Assembly (NCBI GenBank): GCA_030141605.1
Contig: JAQGDQ010000878.1
Location: 1 to 64,000 of the forward strand
Reading direction: 5' to 3'
DNA length: 64,000 nt
Source of the DNA: Tubiluchus corallicola
Lineage: Eukaryota; Animalia; Priapulida
Positions 51,694 through 63,600 of the stretch are shown in pieces. The notes beneath the pieces were generated by a model, which ran no database searches, was not told where the DNA came from, and worked only from the letters and a program-made list of their open reading frames with translations. The position numbers were made by a program, and so were the translations under genes. Positions within the stretch are counted from its first letter, which is position 1, and each line of letters begins with the position of its first letter.

Positions 51694-54600
51694 GTGAGTT
51701 ACTAATTTGATGTCGCATGTCATGTTGTTAAGTTTGTAAAAACAACCAAATAAATTACTGAATTGTCAGTGGGTTTATTTTTCCCAAGTCTGATAAAAAA
51801 ATATTCCCTTTTGGTTACTTTGTGTATAATAATGTAACACATGTAACACTTTTCCTACATCCTCACTAACTTTCTTGTCCAGGATTTTTTATCCAGGGAT
51901 CAAGGTCAAGGTCAAAACCTGGGTGAAAAGATCATCAACTGAAAATCGCCAGATAGATTGAATTTGAGCCTGGATTTGGATTCTAGGTATTTTTCTGATT
52001 AAAACAACACCTCTCACATGCATTTTGGTTCAGTAGGTGTTGAGATATGAATTTTTGAGATTTCAGGCAAACGCGAGAATGTGAAAACCTCAAGATTTCA
52101 AATTGTCATAACTTTTGAATGGGTGGACCAATTGACCTAAAATTTTGAACATAAATTATTGTCATAAAGCCCAATAACCGCGCCAAGTTTCATCAAAATA
52201 TGAGATGGTCGGGTGTAGATGATCCAAGATTCTTGGTGAATTGACATGGAATGACCCTATGGACAAGTCAGCCGTGTTTGAATTGTCTGAGGTAGCATGC
52301 AAAAAGTTGCCTGTTAATGCTTTATACATGAAAGAGCATTCTGTGGTAGACAGTTTAGTATTTTGTTGCTCTGTGTGGTGCACCTCTGGTTGGCAATCAT
52401 GCAGTCTCTTCATGGACTTAGAACTTCTGTGTTTGAAATTTAAGAGAAGCCTCAACAGATCCGGGAAGCAAATATTACATAGAGGTGTCTGTGATGCATT
52501 CCGTTTGTGTTCACAGTGTCTTCTCTGTATAGCAACAATTCTGTCCTTTTGATTCATATTTTGCCACTTTGATGGAATGTAAAAAAACATTTTGAGCATA
52601 GATAGCTTTTAAATAAATTTTGTTTTGATTTCTTAATTTAACTTATTTGATTTAATTCCAGCATACTAAATTACTATCTTTTTCCAAACACACAACAAAA
52701 GTGTATATTTCCTCAAAATTAGCGAAGATGTGCATAATCTTGTTAATGCTTTAAGTCAGGGGTGTGCGATTTGCAGCCCGCCGAGAGAATTTGTGCGGCC
52801 CGCGAAGAGATTTGTCAACCTAATGAAAGTGCGGCCCGGGCGATTAATTGAATGTATCCAGCTGAAGTCCGTGCCACGATCCCAAAAATAGTGCGGGTAG
52901 TTTTTTCTACTAGATCGGATGCCATTAACCCTTACAAGACGGTTGTAGGTTAATGTCACTGTACTACACAGACTGTGTGATACACATTACTAATATGCAT
53001 TGTAATGAAATTACCACTATCTGTCCTGAAAGTAGAAATATATGGTTTGTAATATAAATTTTAATAACTTCTAAAATAGTTTCTTGGGTGTAGTAGTAAT
53101 GATGTATGCAGGTCGGATGCAAAAAAATCGTTATTAGGTCCTACTGTACTTAGCTCCTTGATCAAACTGCCTGTGGCCCGCAGGAATTGCGGGAAAGTTT
53201 AATGTGGCCCGGCTAGTCAGATAATTTGCAAATCCCTGCTTTGTACCGGTCATTCATCATCCAATAAATGTGGCTGGTTGTATGGCAGATCCGCAATATT
53301 GATGTTCAGAACAGAACATGCTTAGTGAAGGTAGGTTTTGGTTATTCGGCAGCTCCACGTTAAGCAGAGGTCAGTAGAATCAATAAAGTCAGTATTCCAT
53401 AATCTGCACATTCTCGATCCAGTTTTCATGTGGTTACGTCATGATTTTCACAATAGGGACCACATTTTGTATGTTGCTGCATAACTTACACGTTCTGGAC
53501 CAACTGTGCATGCACTTCTGTATAACCTGTGCAATACAGACCCACATTCCTAGCGTTGTTACATGAGGTCACCACTTAAAACTACTGCATATGTTTAACA
53601 TTTCTAATCAATGCATGTGTCTCAAACTGCATAAGTCATGAGATTTGTCACTGTTGCTTGGCAAACTGTTGTTATCATATGTTGTTACTTATTAGGTATA
53701 TCCCATGGATTCCACACCACGCGGCTACTGCTTGATCATTAATAATGTTGAGTTTGATGCAAGAAAAGTAAACAATGAGTTTGGCATGATTGTGGACTTC
53801 AAACCAGAAACTAGAAAAGGTTCTGATGTGGACGAAGTAAAGCTAAGGAGTCTGTTTGACCAACTGGGATATGTTGTTGACCGAACACAGTCCAATCTGA
53901 CGTCTGAGGTATGATACAGGGCAAGTGCAAATACAGCCAACTGATCTGATAGAATTTTGTTTGTTCAAGCCTGCATATGAAGTTCACATATTACATACTG
54001 AATACAGAAAGCTATAAATTGTAAAGTTTGTAGCACTGTTTGGTAATAATAAAATAAAAGTACAGTGTAACTTATTACTGTAAATGCTTAGATAATGCTA
54101 ACATGAAACATTTATACATTACTTTGGCTGGCCTGTAGTGTAACAAATTCTGGTTTTCATTGACTGCATTTGGTACACACCATCTATTTTTGTTGCACAG
54201 TACAAGCATGCAGTTTTCATAATTATCAGATGAAATTTTTCCTTATAGTTTACCTAAAATCAAAAGGTAATTTGCTGCTGTAAACTCTGGTAACTTTACA
54301 TGCTGAAAATTATTTTAAGTTTTGCAGAGACTAGTCTGTAGGGAAATAACATAGTTGTCTGGCAAAGCAGCAGTACCATCACATCTCCACTTCTAAACAT
54401 CGTAAATTATAGAGACCAACTATAAAGATTCAAGGTGCATCTAACCTGAGTGTTAATAAGCCATCAGATTTTTACTATTGCAATATTCTTTACAGACAGT
54501 TTTTGTGTTCAAATACTGGATTCAGATAATTCGCTTTTTGGAACGTTGCACGGATATTTTGATAGTATTACTGCTATTTATAAGGGAGACTCGGGTAAAG

Positions 54601-57600
54601 TGGATCACTTAAGGGTTTTCGCTCATAGAGTTCAAGACGTTTGATCTGTAACAATCAATTACATGTCCTATTCTTCTGTAGGAAACTCTGCTATATTCGT
54701 GTGGTAAAAACTTATAATTACTATTACTCGTTTAACAGATAATTCCGAGATACGAAACCAAAATTTCTAGGGCAAAGTGGATCTTTTACGGGCATAGTGG
54801 ATCATACGTATGGGCAAGGTGGATCGGTTTAGTTTCATCCCTCTATGAGAATTATTGTGGTCCACTTGAACTGAACGAATATCTCTCAAACACATTTTCT
54901 TGAAATGTTTAGACTAACCTTTCTTAGTGAATAGATAGATTTCCCAAAGATCGGTAAGAAAAAGCTCAATAGAGAAGCACAGAAGTGCTTATTAAACTTA
55001 AAATTGAACCAAGCTTGAGTCGACTCAGCAGCTTGTGGCTCTAATTATCAACTGATTCATGTTTGAAAGGTTATTTTACTACAAAACGTAAAGGTTCATT
55101 TAGCATCTTTTTCCTTTAGGTTCAACAACTGCATAAAATGAAACTTCGAATCGCTGCGGTCTGCGACGCCTTACGGAAAAAGAGCAAACACACTTGATCC
55201 GCTTTGCCCAGTGATCCACTTTGCCCGGGTCTCCCCGGTTACTCATGCAAATTTTTGTTTCAGCAAATGCTGTCTGTCATTGAAACGTTTGCGCAAGATC
55301 CTAAGCATGCTAGTGTTGATTCATGTGTTGTGGCAATGCTAACCCATGGCAATAAAGGTGACCTGTTACTCACTAGAGACGGCCATTTGGACTTCGTTGG
55401 GCAGATTTTGCCTTTATTTAGTGGTAGGCCATTAATTTTTTTACAAGCACATAATAATGGTATTGCCTAATGATAGTACAACGGCATTCTTAAATAATAC
55501 CATACCTACCACAGCCCAAAACGTGGTTAAAGTACGACAGCTTTTTTTCAGTTTTTGTGTCGAAACCAAAGCTTCCCGTGTTATTAGGACACCCGTACCA
55601 GTCTAGATTTAGTTCCCATCTAAATCAGGGGTGTGCAAATTGCGGCGTGCGAAGAGGTTTGTCAACCTAATGAAAGTGCGGCCCAGGCGAATTAATTGAG
55701 TGTATCCAGCTGAAGTCCGAGCCACGATCCCAAAGATAGTGCGGGTAGTTTTTTCTACTAGATCGGATGCCATTAACCCTTACAAGACGGTTGTAGCTTA
55801 ATGTCACTGTACTACACAGACTGTGTGATACACTTTACTGATATGTATTGTAATGAAATTACCACTATCTGTCCTGAAAGTAGAAATATATGGTTTGTAA
55901 TATAAATTTCAATAACTTCTAAAATAGTTTCTTGAGTGTAGTAGTAATGATGTACGCAGGTCGGATGCAAAAAAATCGTTATTAGGTCTTTCTGTACTTG
56001 GCTTCTTGAGCAAACTGCGTGTGGCCCGCAGGAATTGCGGAAAAGTTTACTGTGGCCCGGCTAGTCAGATAATTTGCACACCCCTGATCTAAATGTACTG
56101 ATATAGGTTTAGGGTTCACTGTGTTTCTGTGCGCTTTATTCGAGGTGTTTTTATTTAAGATTCCACAGAAACGTTAAATTGCTTTTATAGTTGATTTTGA
56201 GATTCATATAACTAAATTCATATAACCTTGAGTTTGTGTTTAGCTCATTCTACCGTGACTTAGCATTTCTTATTGTTACACATAGGATATTTGAGTAAAT
56301 GAAGTGTCCATGTGCCCAGTTCATATGCTGTATATATTTATGGTGACTGAAGCCTTGTGTTCTGCATTCTAGACTGTCATGCTGTTCTGATCTTCTTTGT
56401 TTAAGTTCCTAATTAGTTTAATAAATATTACTTTATTATGCACGCATTTGTCTGGTTGCTGATATTATTGTAGCGTGTAACACCTTGAAAGTTACTGAAG
56501 CATTGAAAGTTTGATGTATGCGATTATATATATATATATAATGGTAAATACTAAATAATGATAATAATAAATGAATTCTTAGGACACAGTGCTGTGCATT
56601 TGTCTGGAAAACCAAAAATATTTATCCTTCAAGCTTGCCGTGGAGGTACGTTTCTATTGTTAGTTTTTTTTGGAGTACTTTTAAACATTTATCAGTAAAT
56701 TTAATGCAGTTTCACTGAGCTATATATTGCCTTGCAAAAATAATGGGCAGTAACTACAAAATCGGATTGAGAATCGGATTTTCTCAGCTAAACTATGACC
56801 TTTTCTCTAAAGGTTGTAAAGATAATAACGGTCATCCAATATTGCCGAATTGTAACTGTGGATTTCGATTTGAGTCTGTTGAACACTTTTTGTTGCACTG
56901 CCCATTGTATCAACAAACTAGGGTTGTTGTGTTTGATAAACTAAATGCAATACTTCTGCCCGAAAACCTTAATATAGCTGTCTTAGGAAATAATGATCTG
57001 TTGAAGTTGTTATTATTCGGTAAAGATGAATTTAACTATGTTGCTAACTGTAAAATATTCCAATGCATACATGACTTTATATTATGTACTAAACGCTTCC
57101 AGTAGTTTCTATCTGATATAAAATGCATCATTCTTAAACAATCGTACATTTTTACTAAGTATAGTCTATTCTTACTGTAAATGTTCTTGTAAATAGTGCA
57201 TAAAGTCTGTTGTGGTGAGGATCCTAAATCATGTTGTACAAACTGTCTGATCCAATCCTAAATAAATTATGTTTAAACTAACTACAAAATGTTGCTTTTG
57301 AGAATTGCATGAAAAGAGAAGCAAAGGCTAAAGATACTGCTATTCAATCTGCAGTAAGTCGGCTGAGCAGTTATAATTCTGTAATGGAGCTAGTTTGTGC
57401 ATAGCCTGTGAATGGAAGTTACTTAATACACAAAAACTATTGCTTAAAATAAAATTTCATAATAATAGCAAGAAAGAGCCATTTGTTGGGTAACACCTGT
57501 TCTAAATTAGTGAACTTCCTTGAGGAATTGGCTTCTAGCAGCCACAAAAATGCTCTAAAATGCAGCAGAGTGCATTGTTGGATGGGGCTCCACCCTAGAC

Positions 57601-60600
57601 CCCCTAACTTCTTTCATGCTAGGCCCACCTTTGTTCTAAAATCTGTATTCATCCCTGATTAGCCAAAATGAATTCTGGAGACTGACTTATTCTCCCTATT
57701 CAGATGAGAGCCAGGAGCCAATTGAAGTATCCAAGCCGTCGCAGAAATATTCATTTCCAGCTGGCGCTGATCACGGAGACGACAAGCTAACTCAAGATTC
57801 AGGGATCAGTTTAATCGCAAAGCAGAGGATGCCGCAAAAGACAAAGCAACCAATTGTTGGAAATACAATTGTATGCCGTGCATCTGTGTCAGGTAATGTA
57901 TCAATTTTATTCCCTTTTTATTAAAAATTTGAGCATTTGCTTATGTAACATTTGTCAAGTTAACAAATCTTAACTCAGTCAATATGTAATAAAGTAATAT
58001 CAGATATGTTGCATCAGCTGAGAAGCTATTAGGATTGAGTGAAGACATTTTTGATTATTAAAAGCTATGTGGCTGTTGTGGATCGCTGCCGTCAATTAGA
58101 ATTGCATGGAACATCGTAGAATGTTCCGTCGGAATGACCGCCTTAGTGTCTGGATTGTTCTCGAACATTTGTTCGGGAACTTCGCTATATAAGGCGAAGC
58201 AGACTGCCGACACGGGATCGCACATCACATTTAGAGCACGCAGATCTAACACGGACTTATACTTATTTATTTGTATACTTACTTAAACGTTTTCCAGATT
58301 TTCACGTTTATTGTAATCATTTCAACGTTCCTTCATCTTTGTGTAAGAATTCTCGCTCAATAAAGTAATAATATTTAGCGGCGTGTTTTCTGGTTTTCTC
58401 TACGAGCCTTCCGAGAGAAACAAAACACAACAGTGGCTACTAGTATAACAAAATTTTGGACCTGTATAATTTGAAGGTGCCTGATTGAAATCCAGTACCA
58501 GTCCTTTTCATTTTGATCAATCAAGTGGTTTAAAATATTTATTTCTAGAGGATTCGTTCAACCCCTGATTTATTAAACTTACCCCATGTGTGACTAATTG
58601 ATCCTCTTTGCTGCCTCTTTGATCCTTCGTGTATGATGGAAGTAGCTGTGGCCACTGTGAAAAGAAAGTCGCTTAGAGGCAGTTCTTATGGTAGTGATTC
58701 CTACCACCCCTTTACTGTCCAGGCTTGACGTTGCTTAATATCGGTCACTAAGCACTTACCATGACCTATCTCGGCTATCTCTGTCATGGTGCTCTTATTA
58801 AAATAAAGGCGGTTGTGGTACGGCCGAAATCCGGATTATCATGGCGGATAATCTTCAAAAGTGAGATGACCTGCTATAGTTGTCTTGCCACTTCAGGTGT
58901 GTACAGTTCCTTCCTCATTGAGGTAAATACCTGAGAGCAATATGACAGAAGAAACTACTGTAAAGTAGTTTTCCCAACGGTCACCATTCATTCGCCGGCC
59001 AGACTTCGTGTTGCTCAAGTTCAGTTATTTTTACTTCGACACAACACATATATCATAACAGTAACACAATATTTGAAGAATTTTGAGACTGAGACTGAGA
59101 AATTTAGTCTAGTGGTCTATAAATGATTATTTTAAATCTTGTTCACAACATGCCACTAGGTCTCAAATCACTCTGAAGGCAGAACTCGTTACAATGATTT
59201 GTCAGTAAAAAACGAAATATTAGAAAGAAAGAAAACAGAAGAAACAATGAAACAGTTTAGGATATAACTAGTTAAGCAGAATTTGAAAGGATTACTAAGG
59301 AGGGGTTAGTGAATGGTTGCTATGATAAAGCAATGACTCAAACTGAAATTGTAGTGTAATTAATTACAGTATATCAGGCTTTAGTTCAATGAAATTCTGT
59401 GCTACTGTATAGTTCACTATTTGGATCTGTATTAATAACAGTAGACTCATTAAGCTGAAATTAAGTACTGGTATTGCTAATATGATAACGACATTTCTTC
59501 TTATGCATTAATCAAGACTAATTAAGACACTAGTTATCATGATAATTGTTAAATTTATAACAAAATTTAAATCTTTTGATTGATATAGCAGATTTAATAG
59601 TAAAATTTAAAGTGTACCTTAATGACGTATACCTGTGTATGTAATAGGATGTTCGGACAGATTTGTTCTACAGTAAGGTACCAAAAGTCTTGGCGTAAAA
59701 GTAACACTGTTACTGCTGCTTCGTGGAGCCCCGAATCATGGAAAAATTGATTTTCCTTTTACCAATTTTTCATTAGCGATGTTTTTGGCTATGTAGGATA
59801 TGCTTCGATGAGGTCTGAAACTAGGGGTACATGGTTCATCAGAAAACTTGTGACGGAGTTTGCACAGAATGCTAGCTGTCTACATATTCATGAACTAATG
59901 ACTAGGGTAAGTTGATGATAACGGTGCACTGGAACCAGAAGTGGCGAAAATTTTGCTATCTCCCTCATCCAAAAATTCTAATAGTACATTTCAGTAATTA
60001 ATTGTACGTAGTTCTTGTTATCAATGATACTTGATAATCAGTTCTTAACAATTAATGGCTTGATCAGATAATAATTTAAACAGATCAGGTAAGTTTTAAT
60101 GAAACGAGAGATATCTAAATTATTTAGTGACAAAATAGACTATTTACATTGATCATCATCATCATACGCCCGTCACGTCTATTGTAGACATTGGGCAGAC
60201 AGAATTCAAAAATAAAAGAAATCTGCCTTCAGACAGGTAAATGCAGCAGTAATCCAGCAAAAAACTAGACACTGCTACGCTAGTGGCTTGTCAGCACCAC
60301 TTTCGTTAATGTTTACATTGAGATAACATGACGACTAAAATGCAACGTGGGAGACCTTCGCTTGCACTCTGGATGGGGACGCATGTGCTACTTTGACTAG
60401 AGAATTAATGTATTGTTCTGTATTTGAGGAAGCTGCGAGAAAATAGCACAGCGAACCAGCAGGAAATGAGTCCAAAATTTTAAACAAGAAACACTGGAAA
60501 ACAATGTTGTCCAAAAAGGAGCTACCATTGCCAAACTACAGCCATTGCTGGTGCTATTGCAAAAACAATTATTACTATCGATGGGCAGCCATTAAATATT

Positions 60601-63600
60601 ATTAATGATAAGGGTTTACAGACTCCGTTAAAAGGTTACAGTCTCCGTTTAATGTCATGCCAAGTTGCAAAGCGATTACAGCAAACATGGAGAGCAAGGT
60701 ACAATTTGATAAACCAAAATTTAAAGAAAGATCGAGATCAATTAACTATTAATTTACTTACATTTATTGATTTAATTAATTTATTTGCGTTTAATATTAC
60801 AACGATCGTGTCGATCTTCATTGATGCTTTGCTTAGCATTATAACTTTTCTGTGCAAAGTGTAAAGCAGGGGTGTGCAAATTATCTGACTAGCCGGGCCA
60901 CATTAAACTTTCCCACGATTCCTGCGAGCCACAGCAGTTTGATCAAGGAGCCTAGTACATACAAAGGCCTAATAACGATTTTTTTGCATCCGACTTGAGT
61001 ACATCATTACTACTACACTCAAGAAACTATTTTAGAAGTTATTAAAATTTATATTACAAACCATATATTTCTACTTTCAGGACAGATAGTGGTAATTTCA
61101 TTACAATGCATATTAGTAATGTGTATCACACAGTCTGTGTAGTACAGTGACATTAAGCTACAACCGTCTTGTAAGGGTTAATGGCATCCGATCTAGTAGA
61201 AAAAAGTACCCGCACTGTCTTTGGGATCGTGGCACGGACTTCAGCTGGATACACTCAATTAATCGCCCGGGCCGCACTTTCATTAGGTTGACAAATCTCT
61301 TCGCGGGCCGCACAAATTCTCTCGGTAGGCCGCAATTTGCACACCCTTGGTGTAAAGTATTAATGAGCACGTTTGATTAGCATGATCGTGGTTACTCTGT
61401 AAGTTCGATTCAATTCACCTTTTATGTAAAATTTTCATATGATACCCTAAAAATAAGACCGACACACAAAAACTTACTAAAATAACTAGAGTAAGCTAAA
61501 GTAAATTACAAAAAATTGCCTGGACGAAAACTAACTGTTCACCATGGAAACTGTGAGAGTTACTCACATGTAGCCATAGACACTGAAGGCAGGAACAGTC
61601 GATTCTTGCATTTGCTGTAGCTTAGTTTGCAGTGGTCTGTGTGATTCACCGTTTTCACTTGTATGTTCTCCCTCCTTTTTGTCTTTCCAGGTAAAAACAG
61701 GTGCTTTTTATCAGCATTCCCCAATTTTACAACTATTTTGACGCGATCTGCAAGCAGAGGAACATCCTCCCAGCCGGCAGCAGTCATGCTTGACATATTT
61801 CTACAAAGTTAAAGATTTATGTTAATTGCAGTACCAATGTACACAGCATTGGGTGTAGAGCTCCTTCTACTAATTTGCTTTGAGGATCTTGGAGATAATT
61901 AATAGTCTGACCTCAGGGCCAAAGGCTACAGCAGCAGGACCCAAACTATGAAAATTAGGATGAATAACTTTGTCACTCAACTGCTCTTAGAGTTTTAGAC
62001 TAAGAGCCGTGGTTTATGTATATATAGGTAACCGGGCTAGAGTAGATGTGCATTAAGTATTTTTTGAAAAGTGGGCATTCTCCAGGTCACGTGACATGAG
62101 CGAGGTGTCTGGTCAAAAACTCCATAAGTGTAAGAACTAGAATCGAAACTTTCAGGGTGCGCACTTAACTTGCGTAACCACAGAGTGGTATAGGAGGGAG
62201 TATATATTTATATAGGTAATCAAGTATGGAAAATTCAGCAATAGAAAAATTATAATCTTGAGACAAAGATCAAGTCAACAAAAATTTTTCACAGTCAGCA
62301 GTTGCAATTTTGGCCATAATGCAGAATCTTAATTATTGACTTTGTTAATGACTAAGTTTATGACTTTGTCATAAACACGGTCGAGTATTATTTTTCATTG
62401 CTTGCTGTTAGTACACTAACCTTGTGCACTAGCTAGTGTGGCACACATTGGAACCGAAGTTGGGATAGCAACTTTTCCCCTAAGAACCAGAAAGATATTG
62501 ACATGCTGAAAACAGTCTCAGATTTAAATATTCATCGAAGTGCGCTGTTTTAGGTACATCGTCAAGTGTTTGAACTGAAGGGTCGACAAGAGAGAATGTG
62601 TGCAGATGGTGCTAGTTTTGAGAAGTTTCTTGTTACTCAAGTTCCCGAATTGGAGTCTTCATTGATGACTCGACTATTTTTCAATCCACCACTTGTAAGT
62701 GCCCAATTTCACATTGTAAGATCCATATAAGTCCTGTATCACATTTTTTTACTATCAATACTTGTTGCAATAGATACATTTTTGTGTATAATATTTAAAA
62801 TTAATAATCAGCGTTTTTGAAGTTTGTTATGTAGTTTACAATTTTTCTGAACAACAGCGTTATGAAAACTGTTATCTGACTTCCTTGTAAAATCTAAAAC
62901 TTTTTAGGAAACTGGTCCAGTAGGATTAGGTACAGCACTTGCTTACTGGCACTGGATTGGTTATCCTGCAGTTATCAAGGATGACTTTGTACGAGAGATA
63001 TCAACGTGGAAAGAGACTGATAAAAGTTTGGAGCATGTCATCTTGAAACAAATTATTGTCTATTCACAAAGCTGCCTAGGAAAAACGCAAGAGAACAAGC
63101 ATGTTTCTGATGAATTTGACAAGTTTAGGAAAGCTGCTCATGTGTTTAACGTTACAAAAGATATGGCCGGCATGAAAGGTCGTAAATACGGAGTTACGGT
63201 ATGGCCTATCAGGTCGGACAAGAAGAAATTCTATGTTGCAGTGGACTACCCGACTGCTATACAAGCCATTCCAACCAACACTAATAATATCCGACAGCAG
63301 CTAGGAGAGGTAGCTGCATTTCACAAGACGTTGCAAGACATTGTGACACAGGAAGGTGCTGATTCAATTCCATTTGTGTTGCTACCATATGACGATGACT
63401 GGGAAACACTTAGAGCTGTCTTAAAGGAAGCTTGCAAACAGTTCGAAAAGCCCAACTTTGTCGTGGGTTCCTGTTTGAGGGGTCCAGGCACTGGCTGGGA
63501 TTTTCCTGCATGGGTGACTGAGTCAGATGCTTGTTATTTTAATCTCACTGCTGAGATGCCAGTCGGATTTCTTATAGCAGAAAGGTCTGTATGACTTTTT

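Noticed and set aside
51880-52260. DNA-transposon-like segment ending TTGACATGGAATGACCC
   Set aside because: No matching second TIR or TSD found; family cannot be assigned.
52162-52599. 145-aa and 103-aa overlapping ORFs in caspase intron 1 as a hidden prodomain exon
   Set aside because: No death-fold character, they overlap a repeat-like segment, and I found no phase-compatible splice sites.
60540-60760. hAT transposase-like fragment (IDGQPLNIINDKGL)
   Set aside because: A single short motif in a broken frame; plausible relic but not supportable as a feature.
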